A stretch of 64,000 nt of DNA from Candidatus Poribacteria bacterium. Lineage in GTDB: Bacteria; Poribacteria; WGA-4E; PCPOR2b. Position 1 is the first letter of the stretch, and every line of letters begins with the position of its first letter. The position numbers and the translations under genes were made by a program. The notes below the pieces were generated by a model. The model was not told the DNA's origin, did not search any database, and was given only the letters and a program-made list of their open reading frames with translations. Below are positions 51,605-62,035 of the stretch, one piece after another. The stretch spans positions 2,688,001 through 2,752,000 of the forward strand of contig OZ244042.1 in the NCBI GenBank assembly GCA_965215015.1, read 5' to 3'.

Positions 51605-52654
51605 TCACGCCGAACGAATCTCAAGGTCATCGGGCAAATTGAGGTCGGTTTCGTCGAGAAAGGCGAGGAGGGTATCTACAACCGTAAAGGTATCCATACC
51701 GTCAAATCGGGCTTGATAGTTCAGAATTACGCGATGGTTCAGCACAGCTGAAGCGACCGCTTTTACATCCTCGAATCCGACGGTCGGTCGGCCCGCAAGC
51801 AACGCAGAGGCCCGCGACGCCTCTGCCATCGCAATTGCCGCCCGTGGTGAGGCAGCGTATGTGACATATTTCTTTACCTCTTCGGTGGTCTCAGGCGCGT
51901 TTGGATGGGTGGAAGCCGTCAAACGTGAGATGTAACGGGAAACCGGCTTGGGCAGGAAAATCCCATCCATCACATTAAATAGCTGACCTAGTTGCTCGGC
52001 ACTTATCGACCATGTGGGGACGGGCGGTTCGCCGCGTCGGCGTGTTGAGATGATGTCATCAAGGGCCTCCACATCGGCATGGGGGACAATCAGTTTGAAT
52101 AGGAATCGATCCAACTGCGCCTCTGGCAGTGGGTATGTCCCCTCTAATTCAATCGGGTTTTGAGAAGCAAGGACAAAAAAGGGGCTGGGCAGGGAACGAG
52201 TATTGCCAAGCAGGGTAACAGAACGCTCCTGCATCGCCTCAAGCAAGGCGGATTGTGTTTTGGGGGAAGCGCGGTTTATCTCATCGGCGAGCAGAATATT
52301 CGTGAATACCGGACCCGCTTGGAAACTCATCTCGCGTTTTCCCTCCGGAGTTTGCTGCAAGATATGCGTGCCGACAATATCGCCCGGCATCAGATCGGGG
52401 GTAAACTGCACGCGATTAAAGTCAAGGCTGAGTAACTGCCCCAACGCTTTAACGAGCGCGGTTTTACCGACACCCGGGACCCCTTCAAGCAGGATGTGCC
52501 CCTGACTCAGGATGCCGACAAGTACCATGCGATGGAGCGCAGAACGCCCTAGCAAGACGCGATCCAGCTCCGCCAGTACCTTTGCTGTGAGATCAACAGC
52601 GGGATTCAACTCTTCAGGTTGAAGTAGATTCTCAGATTGCTTGTTATCTGGCAT
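51605..52654 (-). CDS. moxR: MoxR family AAA+ ATPase
   Basis: LLEGVPGVGKT, RVQFTPDLMPGD, LADEINRASPKTQSALLEAM and GTYPLPEAQLDRF motifs. Confidence 0.95.
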   Translation of the reverse strand: MPDNKQSENLLQPEELNPAVDLTAKVLAELDRVLLGRSALHRMVLVGILSQGHILLEGVPGVGKTALVKALGQLLSLDFNRVQFTPDLMPGDIVGTHILQQTPEGKREMSFQAGPVFTNILLADEINRASPKTQSALLEAMQERSVTLLGNTRSLPSPFFVLASQNPIELEGTYPLPEAQLDRFLFKLIVPHADVEALDDIISTRRRGEPPVPTWSISAEQLGQLFNVMDGIFLPKPVSRYISRLTASTHPNAPETTEEVKKYVTYAASPRAAIAMAEASRASALLAGRPTVGFEDVKAVASAVLNHRVILNYQARFDGMDTFTVVDTLLAFLDETDLNLPDDLEIRSA

Positions 52655-52704
52655 GATTGTTTAAATGTGGCATAGATGGTGGTGAAGCTACCCAGAGAAA
52701 GCGA

Positions 52705-52950
52705 GTTTTAAGGTGTAAATAGGTTGAGCGAGACAAGCACGCACCGCATCTCTGATAATTGAGGTTTGGCTTCAAACCAACTGATGCCTGTCGAAGAACA
52801 GTGGTGTTCTATGCGGAGAAACGCTCACAATACCAATCCAATACGATTCCGTTGGGCAATTGCCTGGCGTGCCATACACCTTTCAACACCGACCCATTGC
52901 TTGATACCTCGATGATACCCTTCAATTGACCAAGATAACTCGGCATAAGG
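52705..52950 (-). pseudogene. IS701-family transposase C-terminal remnant
   Basis: Hand translation WSIEGYHRGIKQWVGVERC.AR.AIAQRNRIG..*AFLRIE...GISWFEAK..IIRDAVRA.LAQP.Y. Confidence 0.7.
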
Positions 52951-53052
52951 GTTTGGTGAATGGAGTCAGGTGCTGTTGCACGACAGTGTTGGTTATTTCC
53001 AGTTAGGGGTCAAGTATGGAAACTCGCCCTACGGGCTACCTAGCAACTTGCG

Positions 53053-54426
53053 TTAAGGCCTTTCAAAATACCGTTTAACCGCGCCCTTATGACGCGGCAG
53101 AACGGTTTGGGTGAAGGATGAACCCCCCCCAGCGGTCGCGCCGCTGAGTCCACCCGATTCCGGTGGAACGCTAGAGGTCTTGACCGATGGTGCTGCAATG
53201 CTAAGTCTCACGAGTTCACTGTCTTCAAGAGAGGCGATATCTGATAGCGGGAGAGCTTCCGCTTTGAACTTCGCACCCTCCTCTGTGGTGCCATCGCTCC
53301 AAGTCATGGGTGCATGGCCGGGACCGCGACCGATGCCTCGACACCACCCACCGATACATTGGACGATGGACATACTATCTGCGTTCTCGGCGAGAAATGC
53401 AGCAAGTCCATCACTATTACACTCTCCAAGTTTCTCACACGCTTTGAGCGTTTCCAAATCAATCAGGTCGACCTCATGAAGCTTCGCCAACCGGTCGTAG
53501 ATGTCGCTTTTGGTAAAGCGTAACGCAGCGGCAATTTCTTTGAGTTGCTCAAGGGTGAGTGAGATCGCAGCGTCCTGCAGATTGGGAAGCTGTGCTGCGA
53601 GCAACGCATTCTCTTGCGCCGCATCCTGAACCAATCCAGATAACGCTGCCATCGACTCGGCCAAAAGCACTGCATCCATCTCCGATCCCTCGTTTATCAA
53701 CCCCTCGGACAAGGTTTCCGCTTCAGTTAGGCGCTCCGTTTCGTTCAGTGCTTCTTGTGCAGCGTCTGTTGACTCTTGGGAGAGAATGTCTGCTAGATGG
53801 TCAAGGGTTTCCCATGTCTTGACCGGATCTTCGCCCGAAGCCTCCGCTTGGAGTTGAGCCAGTTTTTCTTCAAGCGTCTCAGCTTCGGCTAACTCGATAA
53901 TCTCCTCCTCTTTGAGGGCATCGATCCCAGCAGCCAACTGTTTCACCTCTTCACGAATGTTAAGGGGGTGTGCCTTAGAGATCTCCACAAAACGTTGTGG
54001 TATCAGAAAACTAATACAAACGAATAGAACTGCACCTGCAAAACGTGCCCAAGAAACGCCGCCGTACCAGCGCAAACGAGGAGTATGAATCAATGGCATC
54101 TGTTTTCGCCAGTTACCCAGTTCCACTGTTTCTGCCGCCATCATCAGCCCACCGGCACCACTGTGTTTATCAAGACTAGCTCGGAGGGCAGTTCGTGTCG
54201 GAATTTGACGCAATGCTAACACAATCGCGCAGCCGATGGCGAGTATCAGACCAATACCCCCGACTAATAGGGGCACACGAGGCATCCCAATCGCTGCACG
54301 GAGTATAATGACAACCGTCCCCCAAACAAGCCCCCAAACAGTTACCACAGCGAGTATCTTCTTGAGAATTAGGAGTGCCGCCACTTTGGTCCTGAACTTA
54401 CGGATTGACTTATTGTCAGTGTTCAT
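53053..54426 (-). CDS. Membrane-anchored coiled-coil protein, first gene of the MoxR operon
   Basis: Three N-terminal TMs, acidic helical region, GRGPG and LP.....VKRYF C-terminus; RBS AGGAGG. Confidence 0.85.
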   Translation of the reverse strand: MNTDNKSIRKFRTKVAALLILKKILAVVTVWGLVWGTVVIILRAAIGMPRVPLLVGGIGLILAIGCAIVLALRQIPTRTALRASLDKHSGAGGLMMAAETVELGNWRKQMPLIHTPRLRWYGGVSWARFAGAVLFVCISFLIPQRFVEISKAHPLNIREEVKQLAAGIDALKEEEIIELAEAETLEEKLAQLQAEASGEDPVKTWETLDHLADILSQESTDAAQEALNETERLTEAETLSEGLINEGSEMDAVLLAESMAALSGLVQDAAQENALLAAQLPNLQDAAISLTLEQLKEIAAALRFTKSDIYDRLAKLHEVDLIDLETLKACEKLGECNSDGLAAFLAENADSMSIVQCIGGWCRGIGRGPGHAPMTWSDGTTEEGAKFKAEALPLSDIASLEDSELVRLSIAAPSVKTSSVPPESGGLSGATAGGGSSFTQTVLPRHKGAVKRYFERP

Positions 54427-54455
54427 GAAAACCCTCCTGTTAAGGATATAGCATT

Positions 54456-55012
54456 TTGACATACTCTCAAGCCTAAAGGCTTGGGATTCTTACCTTTAGA
54501 CTTAGAATTGTGCTATCAGCTTGGTCTGCTTCCGATTTATCAGAGACTGACGACCTCCCCTGTAAGGATAGACGTCCCTATCACGTCTTGCAACGATTGA
54601 CTCGGGAGCAGATTCCAATGGGCATAGCGGAGAAGTCTTTTCAACTGTGTTAAGTGTCGCCGGGGTGCTGTCTTACCCGAATATTTGCCATAGATACGGT
54701 AGCACCGACGGCATAAGGCTGACGAAGTGATTCCACACCTCTGCATGGACGTCAATCGCTTTCTGCAATTCACGATTGCTATGATGAGTATACATTTTGA
54801 ACTTGTAGGTTTTCATCAGGTCTCGCTTTCTGGCTCTCATATCCTGTGTCAAAGGATGGGGGAAGCACCACCGAGCCGTGGTGTGACACCTGCCTACGAA
54901 AAACAAGGAAAGTATCTCATATTTCACAGACAAAATCAATAAAAATCTGCTAAAGCGAGTGTGTAACCCCCACAGGTAAACCTTTGGGGGTTAATCCTAA
55001 AGGAGACTATTG
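54456..55012 (-). mobile_element. tnpB: Internally deleted IS605-family tnpB element
   Basis: MKTYKFKMY...VWNHF N-terminus joined to the C-terminal GTSILTGEVV; right end GAATCCCAAGCCTTTAGGCTTGAGAGTATGTCAA; left-end hairpin CCCCCAAAGG-TTTA-CCTGTGGGGG after TTAG. Confidence 0.88.
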
Positions 55013-55084
55013 CTAAGGAAATTGCCGTTATGATTATCGTTAATAACAGGGCACAGTGGGTACATGCATACAATTTCCAAAATT

Positions 55085-55486
55085 TTAGTGGTCGTGAGAT
55101 CCATCCTCTTTGCGTGCTGACGCGATTCGTAAAACGTGCCCATCCAAGTCTTCTACTCTGAATTCGTATGCCCAAGGATAGTTTATTGGCTCCTCTCGAA
55201 TCTTTGCACCGCTCGCTTTGTATTCCTCATAATATTCCTCCGCATCCTCAACACCGATCCAGAGCCATGTGCCCGGGTGCCCCTGTCCATCCTCACAAAG
55301 CATGATGGAGTGGTCATCGCGTGCTACACTTCCTAAATCCGGCGGATCGCCCCAATCCCATTCTTTCCTGAATCCGAGTACGTTCACATAATAATCAATA
55401 CTCGCGGAGAGATTCCTGACATTTAGAATGGGTATAATGAGCTCCACCTTGGCATCTGCTCCCTTTGCCGTGGTTGTACTGGACAT
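55085..55486 (-). CDS. VOC/glyoxalase/bleomycin-resistance family protein
   Basis: PILNVRNL..SIDYY..VLGF and PWAYEFRVEDLDGHVLR motifs. Confidence 0.9.
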   Translation of the reverse strand: MSSTTTAKGADAKVELIIPILNVRNLSASIDYYVNVLGFRKEWDWGDPPDLGSVARDDHSIMLCEDGQGHPGTWLWIGVEDAEEYYEEYKASGAKIREEPINYPWAYEFRVEDLDGHVLRIASARKEDGSHDH

Positions 55487-55532
55487 CTGAAGATTCTCCT
55501 TTCGTTACCAAATGGGTAAAATCAGCTTAATG

Positions 55533-55982
55533 TAACGCAAGTTGCTAGATTCTGTTGACATTTGAAAAATTGAACTCCTCTCCATTCCGAGGGGCCTCAA
55601 TCTGATAGACATGAGGCGATTTGGGATTCGGTAAGGGCAAACCTTTGTGGTTGCCCTGTGATCTGGGTGCTGTCGATGTCTTGGGCAGGACCCCCTTTAA
55701 TCCCCCGCAGGCGGGGGGCCTACATTTGAGCGATTTTCCAAAACCGAAAATACCGAGAATATTGCACTACAGAATACCAGACACTATGGGGCGATAATCC
55801 TGGCTCAATCCGCCCGGAACATTGCACGAGAGTCCGGGGGTTTTGTCGAGATATGAATATCGAGGTGCAGGTATTGGATCAGGTGACTCGCATAGGATTG
55901 ACAAATCTACCGCATATCCACAAATATGGGTTGGAGATGTCTATCCAAGCCGATCGGGTCTATCAACTAGCAACTTAGGTTA
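55533..55982. mobile_element. Nested MITE/REP composite
   Basis: TAACGCAAGTTGCTAG...CTAGCAACTTAGGTTA ends; interior shares modules with 35130-35310 and 36590-36665. Confidence 0.7.
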
Positions 55983-56244
55983 ATGTAAGAATAATGAGAC
56001 ACAAGACAGGGAAGAAATGCAAAATACTTCCTTTCGGAACGCAACACGAAACACTGAATTAACGTTAAAATAATTATGGATACACAAATGTCAACGAGAA
56101 ATGTGCGATAAAGCCGCGAACAGCTCACAGTCCATCATGTCAAGCTCGGGTTAGAAATTGCTAGACGGTTCACTACGATTAAGTTGCCGAATCAGATTAA
56201 CTTCGTCCGCTGCTTTAATAAAAAAGAGTGAAGACGCGTAGAAT

Positions 56245-56260
56245 TGGCAAGTTTCTTGCA
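56245..56260 (+). promoter_or_regulatory. Sigma-54 (-24/-12) promoter
   Basis: TGGCAA-GTTTC-TTGCA with correct GG/GC spacing. Confidence 0.55.
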
Positions 56261-56332
56261 TCTTTTTAGATAACGAAAAACTTGTTAATCAGCTTACAAC
56301 AGAACTTTGAAAATTGTAAAGGAGAAATACAA

Positions 56333-56530
56333 ATGTCTAAACATAAACAGGAAGCGGTAGATGAAACCGAGATTCTACGGCATACGGTCCTATGCTCTCC
56401 GAACCATGATGAGCACCTTAGGGAAGAACTAGAAGAAGCGAAAGCTAGCTCTAGACGAGCGTCCCTCGTCGCCTTATCAAAAGTTGTAAATAAGGCTTTC
56501 ACAGGTTGGACAATCAAGACCCAGAGATAA
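56333..56530 (+). CDS. Small hypothetical protein (65 aa)
   Basis: RBS AAAGGAG 8 nt before the ATG; upstream sigma-54-like promoter. Confidence 0.6.
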   Translation: MSKHKQEAVDETEILRHTVLCSPNHDEHLREELEEAKASSRRASLVALSKVVNKAFTGWTIKTQR

Positions 56531-57353
56531 GCGTAACAGACGCCCTGCTATGCTCAAAGGAACCAACCGAAAAGAATCTTGGCAATTCTGAAAATTCTTC
56601 AACCTCGGTTGATTCCAACCATTGGTACACTAAAAAGAGGAATTGCAATAAAGAGGGAAGTAGGGAAGGACTTCAGCTATTGACCGGATGGAAAGAGGAA
56701 TTAAAAAATCAACGAGACTATGAGTTTCCGCAAAAACTCGACAGGTTTTAACGATTCTCCTGACGAAAAAAGATCTGAGGTACGGAAAGCTTGCGCCATG
56801 TGCAATATGAATCGGGATACCTCAACGATTGCCCCAACAATGAATGGAGTGAGAGCAAATAAAGTCATTGTTACCTCACATTTTATCTTATTTATTTTGA
56901 CAACTGTCCTGACACAAAAAAGGATGACAGGGAGTCTGCAGATCGATAACGATAATATCGTCTATCCAGTTTCAACTGTAATCTAATAAAAACAGAAGTA
57001 AGGCTCGAAAAACTTCTAGACCTCACCTGCTCCGCTGCGTCTAACATTTTTAATTTTCCTTAGGAGTCACGCACTTGAGTTTGGAAGCGCGCTCCGCGTG
57101 CCATCCCCCTGCTAAATACCCGGTGGGTTATCCGTCAGTTCCTGCCTCATTGAACCTAGAACGGTCTGATACCGTGTGGGTATTCGGGATAGAGGGGGGA
57201 CTTGATGAACGTTCAACTGCGTAAGTACTATTTCCTTCTGATGTTAAGACAAAGGGCAAAGAAACCGAGCTCTTAAAAAAACTCGATTTTTCCAAGCATC
57301 TCTGCACTTTCTTTTAACATGAGTCTCCTTTTTATTTTCCGAAAGGTTATCGT

Positions 57354-58382
57354 ATGCGTGTAAAATGTATAATTGGTGTATTTATACTAATTGTCATGAT
57401 AGGTAGTGCTGCATCAGCACAGGACGAGGTGGGAAAATTGGTCTTTGCCATCCGCAAACCGTTGGAACACCGGGACGGTTTCCGAGCGGCAACGAGGACT
57501 CTAGAAAAAGGTCGGGGAACAGCCAAATGGTGGGAATTCTATCAATATAATGTCTGTACAATGAATCCGAACGGAACAGATTTCCGCCAACTCACGGACG
57601 ACGGAGTTTCGCGCAGACCTCGATGGTCACCGGACAGGGAGCACATCGCCTACATATCCGGGGTTGATGGATCGGAATCACTCTATGTCATGCGGAGCGA
57701 TGGCACTGAGAACGAGAGGCTCGTCAAGAAACAGCATCGTATCCACGATTTCTGGTGGTCTCCATTAAGTCACGCGATTCTCGTTGTGGTTGAAATTGAC
57801 CGAGCAAAGGATCGGCTCGAAAATTGGGTCGTAACGATTGACGGTAAATCGGCAAAGCGATGGAGAACCCGCCGGTGGGCAGAGGGCTGGCTTCACTGGG
57901 ATGCAAAAAGCGAAAAGGTCAAAGAACCGAAAAACAAACTGATTGCAGCGTTGCCGGAAGGAATCAGATGGCCCAAGTGGTCCCCGGATCGCAAATGGAT
58001 CGCGTTTAAGACGGATGAGTTCCTCGCGTTGGCAGAACCCGATGTCGTCGGTGTGACCGGATCGTGGTTCCTCCAAAATGACGAGCCGCCGTGCCAAAAG
58101 ATAGAGGAGTGGTCCCCGGATGGCAAGCAAATACTATTTTATACGTCGGGCGAAATCTGCATCGCTATTGTAGAGAAGGGACGGTTTAAGAGCTACCTAA
58201 ATCTGAGCCGTTACAGGGGGTGGGATGCAACGTGGCGTCCGGACAGCAGTCAAGTTGCATTTATCGGGGGCGATACGGGCGGACGTCGAACCAGCGAAAT
58301 CTTCACCTTAGATGTTGCAACAGGCAAAATGAGGCAGATTACCTCGACCAGTCATGATTATTTCGATCTGCATTGGCGGTAA
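57354..58382 (+). CDS. Secreted TolB-like/PD40 beta-propeller protein
   Basis: Signal peptide; PRWSPD, PKWSPD, WSPDGK and WRPD repeats. Confidence 0.88.
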   Translation: MRVKCIIGVFILIVMIGSAASAQDEVGKLVFAIRKPLEHRDGFRAATRTLEKGRGTAKWWEFYQYNVCTMNPNGTDFRQLTDDGVSRRPRWSPDREHIAYISGVDGSESLYVMRSDGTENERLVKKQHRIHDFWWSPLSHAILVVVEIDRAKDRLENWVVTIDGKSAKRWRTRRWAEGWLHWDAKSEKVKEPKNKLIAALPEGIRWPKWSPDRKWIAFKTDEFLALAEPDVVGVTGSWFLQNDEPPCQKIEEWSPDGKQILFYTSGEICIAIVEKGRFKSYLNLSRYRGWDATWRPDSSQVAFIGGDTGGRRTSEIFTLDVATGKMRQITSTSHDYFDLHWR

Positions 58383-58568
58383 TCTGGGAAAATCTGTAGG
58401 AGAGAGCAATCCTGTTCTGAACAGTTGGACGAGCTTGTGCAATAGTCATAACAAAAAGGCTCATGTCAAAAGAAAGTGCAGAGATGCTTAGAGAAACCGA
58501 GCTTTTTCGGAAAAGCCCGGTTCCCTTGCACTCTGTCTTAACATCAGCGAAAAAAAATAGAAATAGGA

Positions 58569-59012
58569 ATGATGAAACACTATAAACATACTCAGATTGG
58601 TTATCTCCTGCTCACCTTGTATAGTATAGTGGTATTGTTTGTAGGTTATTTAAATATTATGACGGATTTTCACCCGTTTGCCTTGACCGGTCTGATCATT
58701 ATCCTAATCGTGCTTTGGATATTTACCCGTTTGACGGTGACAGTTGATGATCGGATGATTAAGATTCAATTTGGGTTGAGAATTATCCGTAAGGTTTTTT
58801 TGCTGAAAGACGTTGAGGCACACCGTGTGGTTAAGAATCCTTGGTATTACGGTTGGGGGATAAGATTTACGCCTCGGGGTTGGCTTTTCAACGTTTCTGG
58901 TTTCTCAGCGATTGAGCTGCGGATGAAGAATGGAAAACAATATCGAATAGGGACAGATGACCCCGATAATTTAGCAAGAGCACTTGACGAAGCCGTAAAC
59001 AAGGAATCTTAG
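58569..59012 (+). CDS. Hypothetical membrane protein (2 TM plus bacterial PH-like domain)
   Basis: Two TMs, then YGWGIR..GWL.NVSG..IGTDDP. Confidence 0.8.
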   Translation: MMKHYKHTQIGYLLLTLYSIVVLFVGYLNIMTDFHPFALTGLIIILIVLWIFTRLTVTVDDRMIKIQFGLRIIRKVFLLKDVEAHRVVKNPWYYGWGIRFTPRGWLFNVSGFSAIELRMKNGKQYRIGTDDPDNLARALDEAVNKES

Positions 59013-59462
59013 CAATTTCAACCGTTGTCTCAACGCAGTGCTGTTATTTGATTGTGCGATTATTATTGACGGTATAATCGGCTAAGCATTGTGTGTGCTT
59101 TCGATGGCAGCCACATATCTTTGTTTTTGTCTAACAGGGTCGGGCACCCTCGGATATAGGTCTGCTGCCCGTAACCTTGCAGCCAGTTCAGGAGGGGCTG
59201 GATTTGTATTCTAGATCACGTCGGAGCTGTCGATAGTAACGGTAATGGTTGTAAAAATGCACGTTTTCTACACCAAACGCCAAAAACATAGCATATTTTA
59301 GGCCCCTTATTTTGCTACCACTATGCAGGATGCGCGGATCAAATTCGATATTACAGAATCATCGCGTTTATATGGCTTTTTTTTAACATTTCACACAAAC
59401 GTATCCGTTAGCAGCCTCCGAATAGTTATACCCCTGTCCGCGAACGATCGAATATTTTGCGC

Positions 59463-59491
59463 TTGATCTAAATTGGAGGGCGTTGTATAAT
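59463..59491 (+). promoter_or_regulatory. Sigma-70-like promoter
   Basis: TTGATC-17 nt-TATAAT upstream of the PhyH gene. Confidence 0.55.
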
Positions 59492-59595
59492 TATTTCATT
59501 CGATTTAAGCTGTTACCGCCGAACACTTCAAGTTGAAAATTCTTTAATCTTTGTTTAACGAAACAAGGATTGGAAGTGAGGGAGGAGATAGTCAA

Positions 59596-60738
59596 ATGAG
59601 CACAAATAAAATAGAAGGTGCAGCGACAATGGCTGATTACGTTCAAGAGGGTGAACGGATGGCTTATGAACTTGGCAATCGGGGGCCCATCCGATTTAAC
59701 TCCGATGGTACGCTACACAAGGACATCGCGGATGCCTATTGGCGTTGTGGGTTCTATATATTTGAAGGGGCATTGAGCGCGGAAGAACTCAAAGACCTAC
59801 AGGAGGATTTTGAGCGCGCGCTTGACCGAGCACCGCACACGAGGGATGCAAAGGTTGATTCAAAGGGTAGACCCGCACTTGGGGCGGAGTTTACGCGATC
59901 CAGTTTCAATTTTGCAAAGCCGTTAAGCGACCCCGTAGGCGGGACATCAAGAAACAACGGTCGCCATCCAGCCAAGATGAACGAGCCCACCCCACCCACT
60001 GACGCCCCGGACTTTGTGATTACCTCTATCTCAGGACCGCTTCAACTGATGGACTCCTGCTTAAGGCTCTATGGTCACCCGCAGCTACTGTCCGTTGCAG
60101 AGCAGATTAACGGGCCGGATTTCACCCCATTCACTGAATCCATAATTGTCAAGCCACCGGGGTTGGGGGCATCTGTGGCATGGCATCAGGACGGAACCAA
60201 ACAGTGGGATCTGCCGGATTGGGACCAAGGCACCCACGGGTTCAATTTCATGGCTCAGCTATACGGCAGCACTGCAGCCAACGGGGTTTGGGTGCTGCCC
60301 GGATCGCACAAACGGGGCAGGCTCAACATCAAAGAGATGGTTGAAGCCAATAACGGTTCTGACCGACTGCCCGGAGCCGTACCGATGGTGTGTGATCCGG
60401 GCGACGTTGTTATGTCCAACCGTCAAGCACTGCACGCGTCTTTCCCAAACACTTCGCAGGACTGGCGGGTGACCATTAACTTTGGGTTTCACCGTCGATC
60501 ATCCGTTATCAACCTTGAAACCACGTACGGTGAGGAACCGGTGATTTACGATGATGAACGTGTCTTTGAAAGGTCACGTTTGATTGCTGTAGGTATCGAC
60601 GCGCGTCAGCAGCGTTTCCCCCACGAACCTCGCTACGTTTACCAACCCATGGTTGGAATGGAAGCCGCCAATCAGTGGAACGAAGCAACAAGACAAAACA
60701 TCGTGAAAGACTATAACTTGAGGGACCTTGGCATTTGA
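59596..60738 (+). CDS. Phytanoyl-CoA dioxygenase family protein
   Basis: VAWHQDG, WVLPGSH and LHASFPN motifs; RBS GGAGG before ATG 59596. Confidence 0.92.
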   Translation: MSTNKIEGAATMADYVQEGERMAYELGNRGPIRFNSDGTLHKDIADAYWRCGFYIFEGALSAEELKDLQEDFERALDRAPHTRDAKVDSKGRPALGAEFTRSSFNFAKPLSDPVGGTSRNNGRHPAKMNEPTPPTDAPDFVITSISGPLQLMDSCLRLYGHPQLLSVAEQINGPDFTPFTESIIVKPPGLGASVAWHQDGTKQWDLPDWDQGTHGFNFMAQLYGSTAANGVWVLPGSHKRGRLNIKEMVEANNGSDRLPGAVPMVCDPGDVVMSNRQALHASFPNTSQDWRVTINFGFHRRSSVINLETTYGEEPVIYDDERVFERSRLIAVGIDARQQRFPHEPRYVYQPMVGMEAANQWNEATRQNIVKDYNLRDLGI

Positions 60739-60775
60739 GATATACGGGACAGGAAAACAGAAATGTAGGAAAGGT

Positions 60776-60812
60776 ATAAGGATACGGCAACAATTTCGTT
60801 GCCGTATCTTAT
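60776..60812. terminator. Hairpin between convergent genes
   Basis: GATACGGCAAC-AATTTC-GTTGCCGTATC. Confidence 0.65.
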
Positions 60813-60824
60813 CGCTATCGGGAG

Positions 60825-61622
60825 CTACTTCACGGACATCCCCATACGTCCACCATCGACATGGAGGGTAGTGCCGGTGATGTAAGAGGCGTCGTCGCTA
60901 AGCAGGAAGGCGATGGCGGAAGCGACTTCTTCTGGTTGTGCACGGCGTTTCATAATACAGGAAGTTATCGGCGTTTCTTCCAATTCCCTTTTCCGTGCCT
61001 GTGGATCTGGGTGGTTGCCAAAGTGCATCTCCGTAACGATCCACCCCGGCGCAACGGCGTTGACTCGAATACCATAGTCAACAAACTCATAAGCCATCGT
61101 CTTGGTGGTTGAAACCAGGCCCGCCTTTATCGCATCATAGACCCATTGTCCCGGTCTGCCGAGAAAACCGCCCTCGGATGAGAGATTGACGATAGCAGCA
61201 CCTTCCTTTTTTAACATAGGCAATAGCACCTGAGTCATCAGGACCCAGCCTCTCAAACCGATCGCCGTTTCCGGATCCCAATTCGCCAACCAACCCCCAT
61301 CCTCAATGCGCCCCTGTCTCAAGATAGCGGCATTATTCACCAGAATATGAAGTGCAGGGAATTGTTCGGCAACAGCACGACCAACCGATTCAACGGCTGC
61401 ATCATCTGCCAAATCGACCTCCATATAGGCCGCAATACCGCCGGACTGTTCTATTTCTGTGACCGCCTTATTTGCCAAGTCTCCATTATTGTCCGCGATG
61501 ATGACCTGTGCACCTTCAGCCGCCAGACGGTTTACCGTTGCTCTGCCGATACCTGAAGCACCACCCGTTACTAAGGCGATTTTATTCTCAAAACGTCTCA
61601 TGCCGTATAAAATTGATGACAT
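60825..61622 (-). CDS. SDR family oxidoreductase
   Basis: TGGASGIG, NNAA, YDAIK and NAVAPG motifs. Confidence 0.95.
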   Translation of the reverse strand: MSSILYGMRRFENKIALVTGGASGIGRATVNRLAAEGAQVIIADNNGDLANKAVTEIEQSGGIAAYMEVDLADDAAVESVGRAVAEQFPALHILVNNAAILRQGRIEDGGWLANWDPETAIGLRGWVLMTQVLLPMLKKEGAAIVNLSSEGGFLGRPGQWVYDAIKAGLVSTTKTMAYEFVDYGIRVNAVAPGWIVTEMHFGNHPDPQARKRELEETPITSCIMKRRAQPEEVASAIAFLLSDDASYITGTTLHVDGGRMGMSVK

Positions 61623-62035
61623 ATTGAATCCTCCCGGTTGACAAACCGTTCACGCCCCGTGATAGTCTTCGCTCATTGGTTCATTAGTACTAGAACCTAC
61701 GCACTTCAGTAAAGCATACCGATCGGTGTTCCCTACGAGCTCCTTAATGGAACCCGTGTTGTAGCTGCCCGATGGATCGGGAGGCGACAGTTCACCCGAC
61801 AGTGGTATGCCTTAATGGTAAGTTCGTAGTAGCGCAATTCATTGCGCGTAAGGCATTGGTTCATTAATGGACTTCTGAACCAATGAACGCACGACTACTG
61901 AACGACATCGGGTTTCCACCCATGGACACAGCGATAGCAAGGATGTTCAAGGGACTAGCGGTTACGCACTACCTTTACCCCACCCTAGCCCTCCCCGCAA
62001 GCAGGGAGGATGTTCAAGGAGCTAGCGGTTACGCA

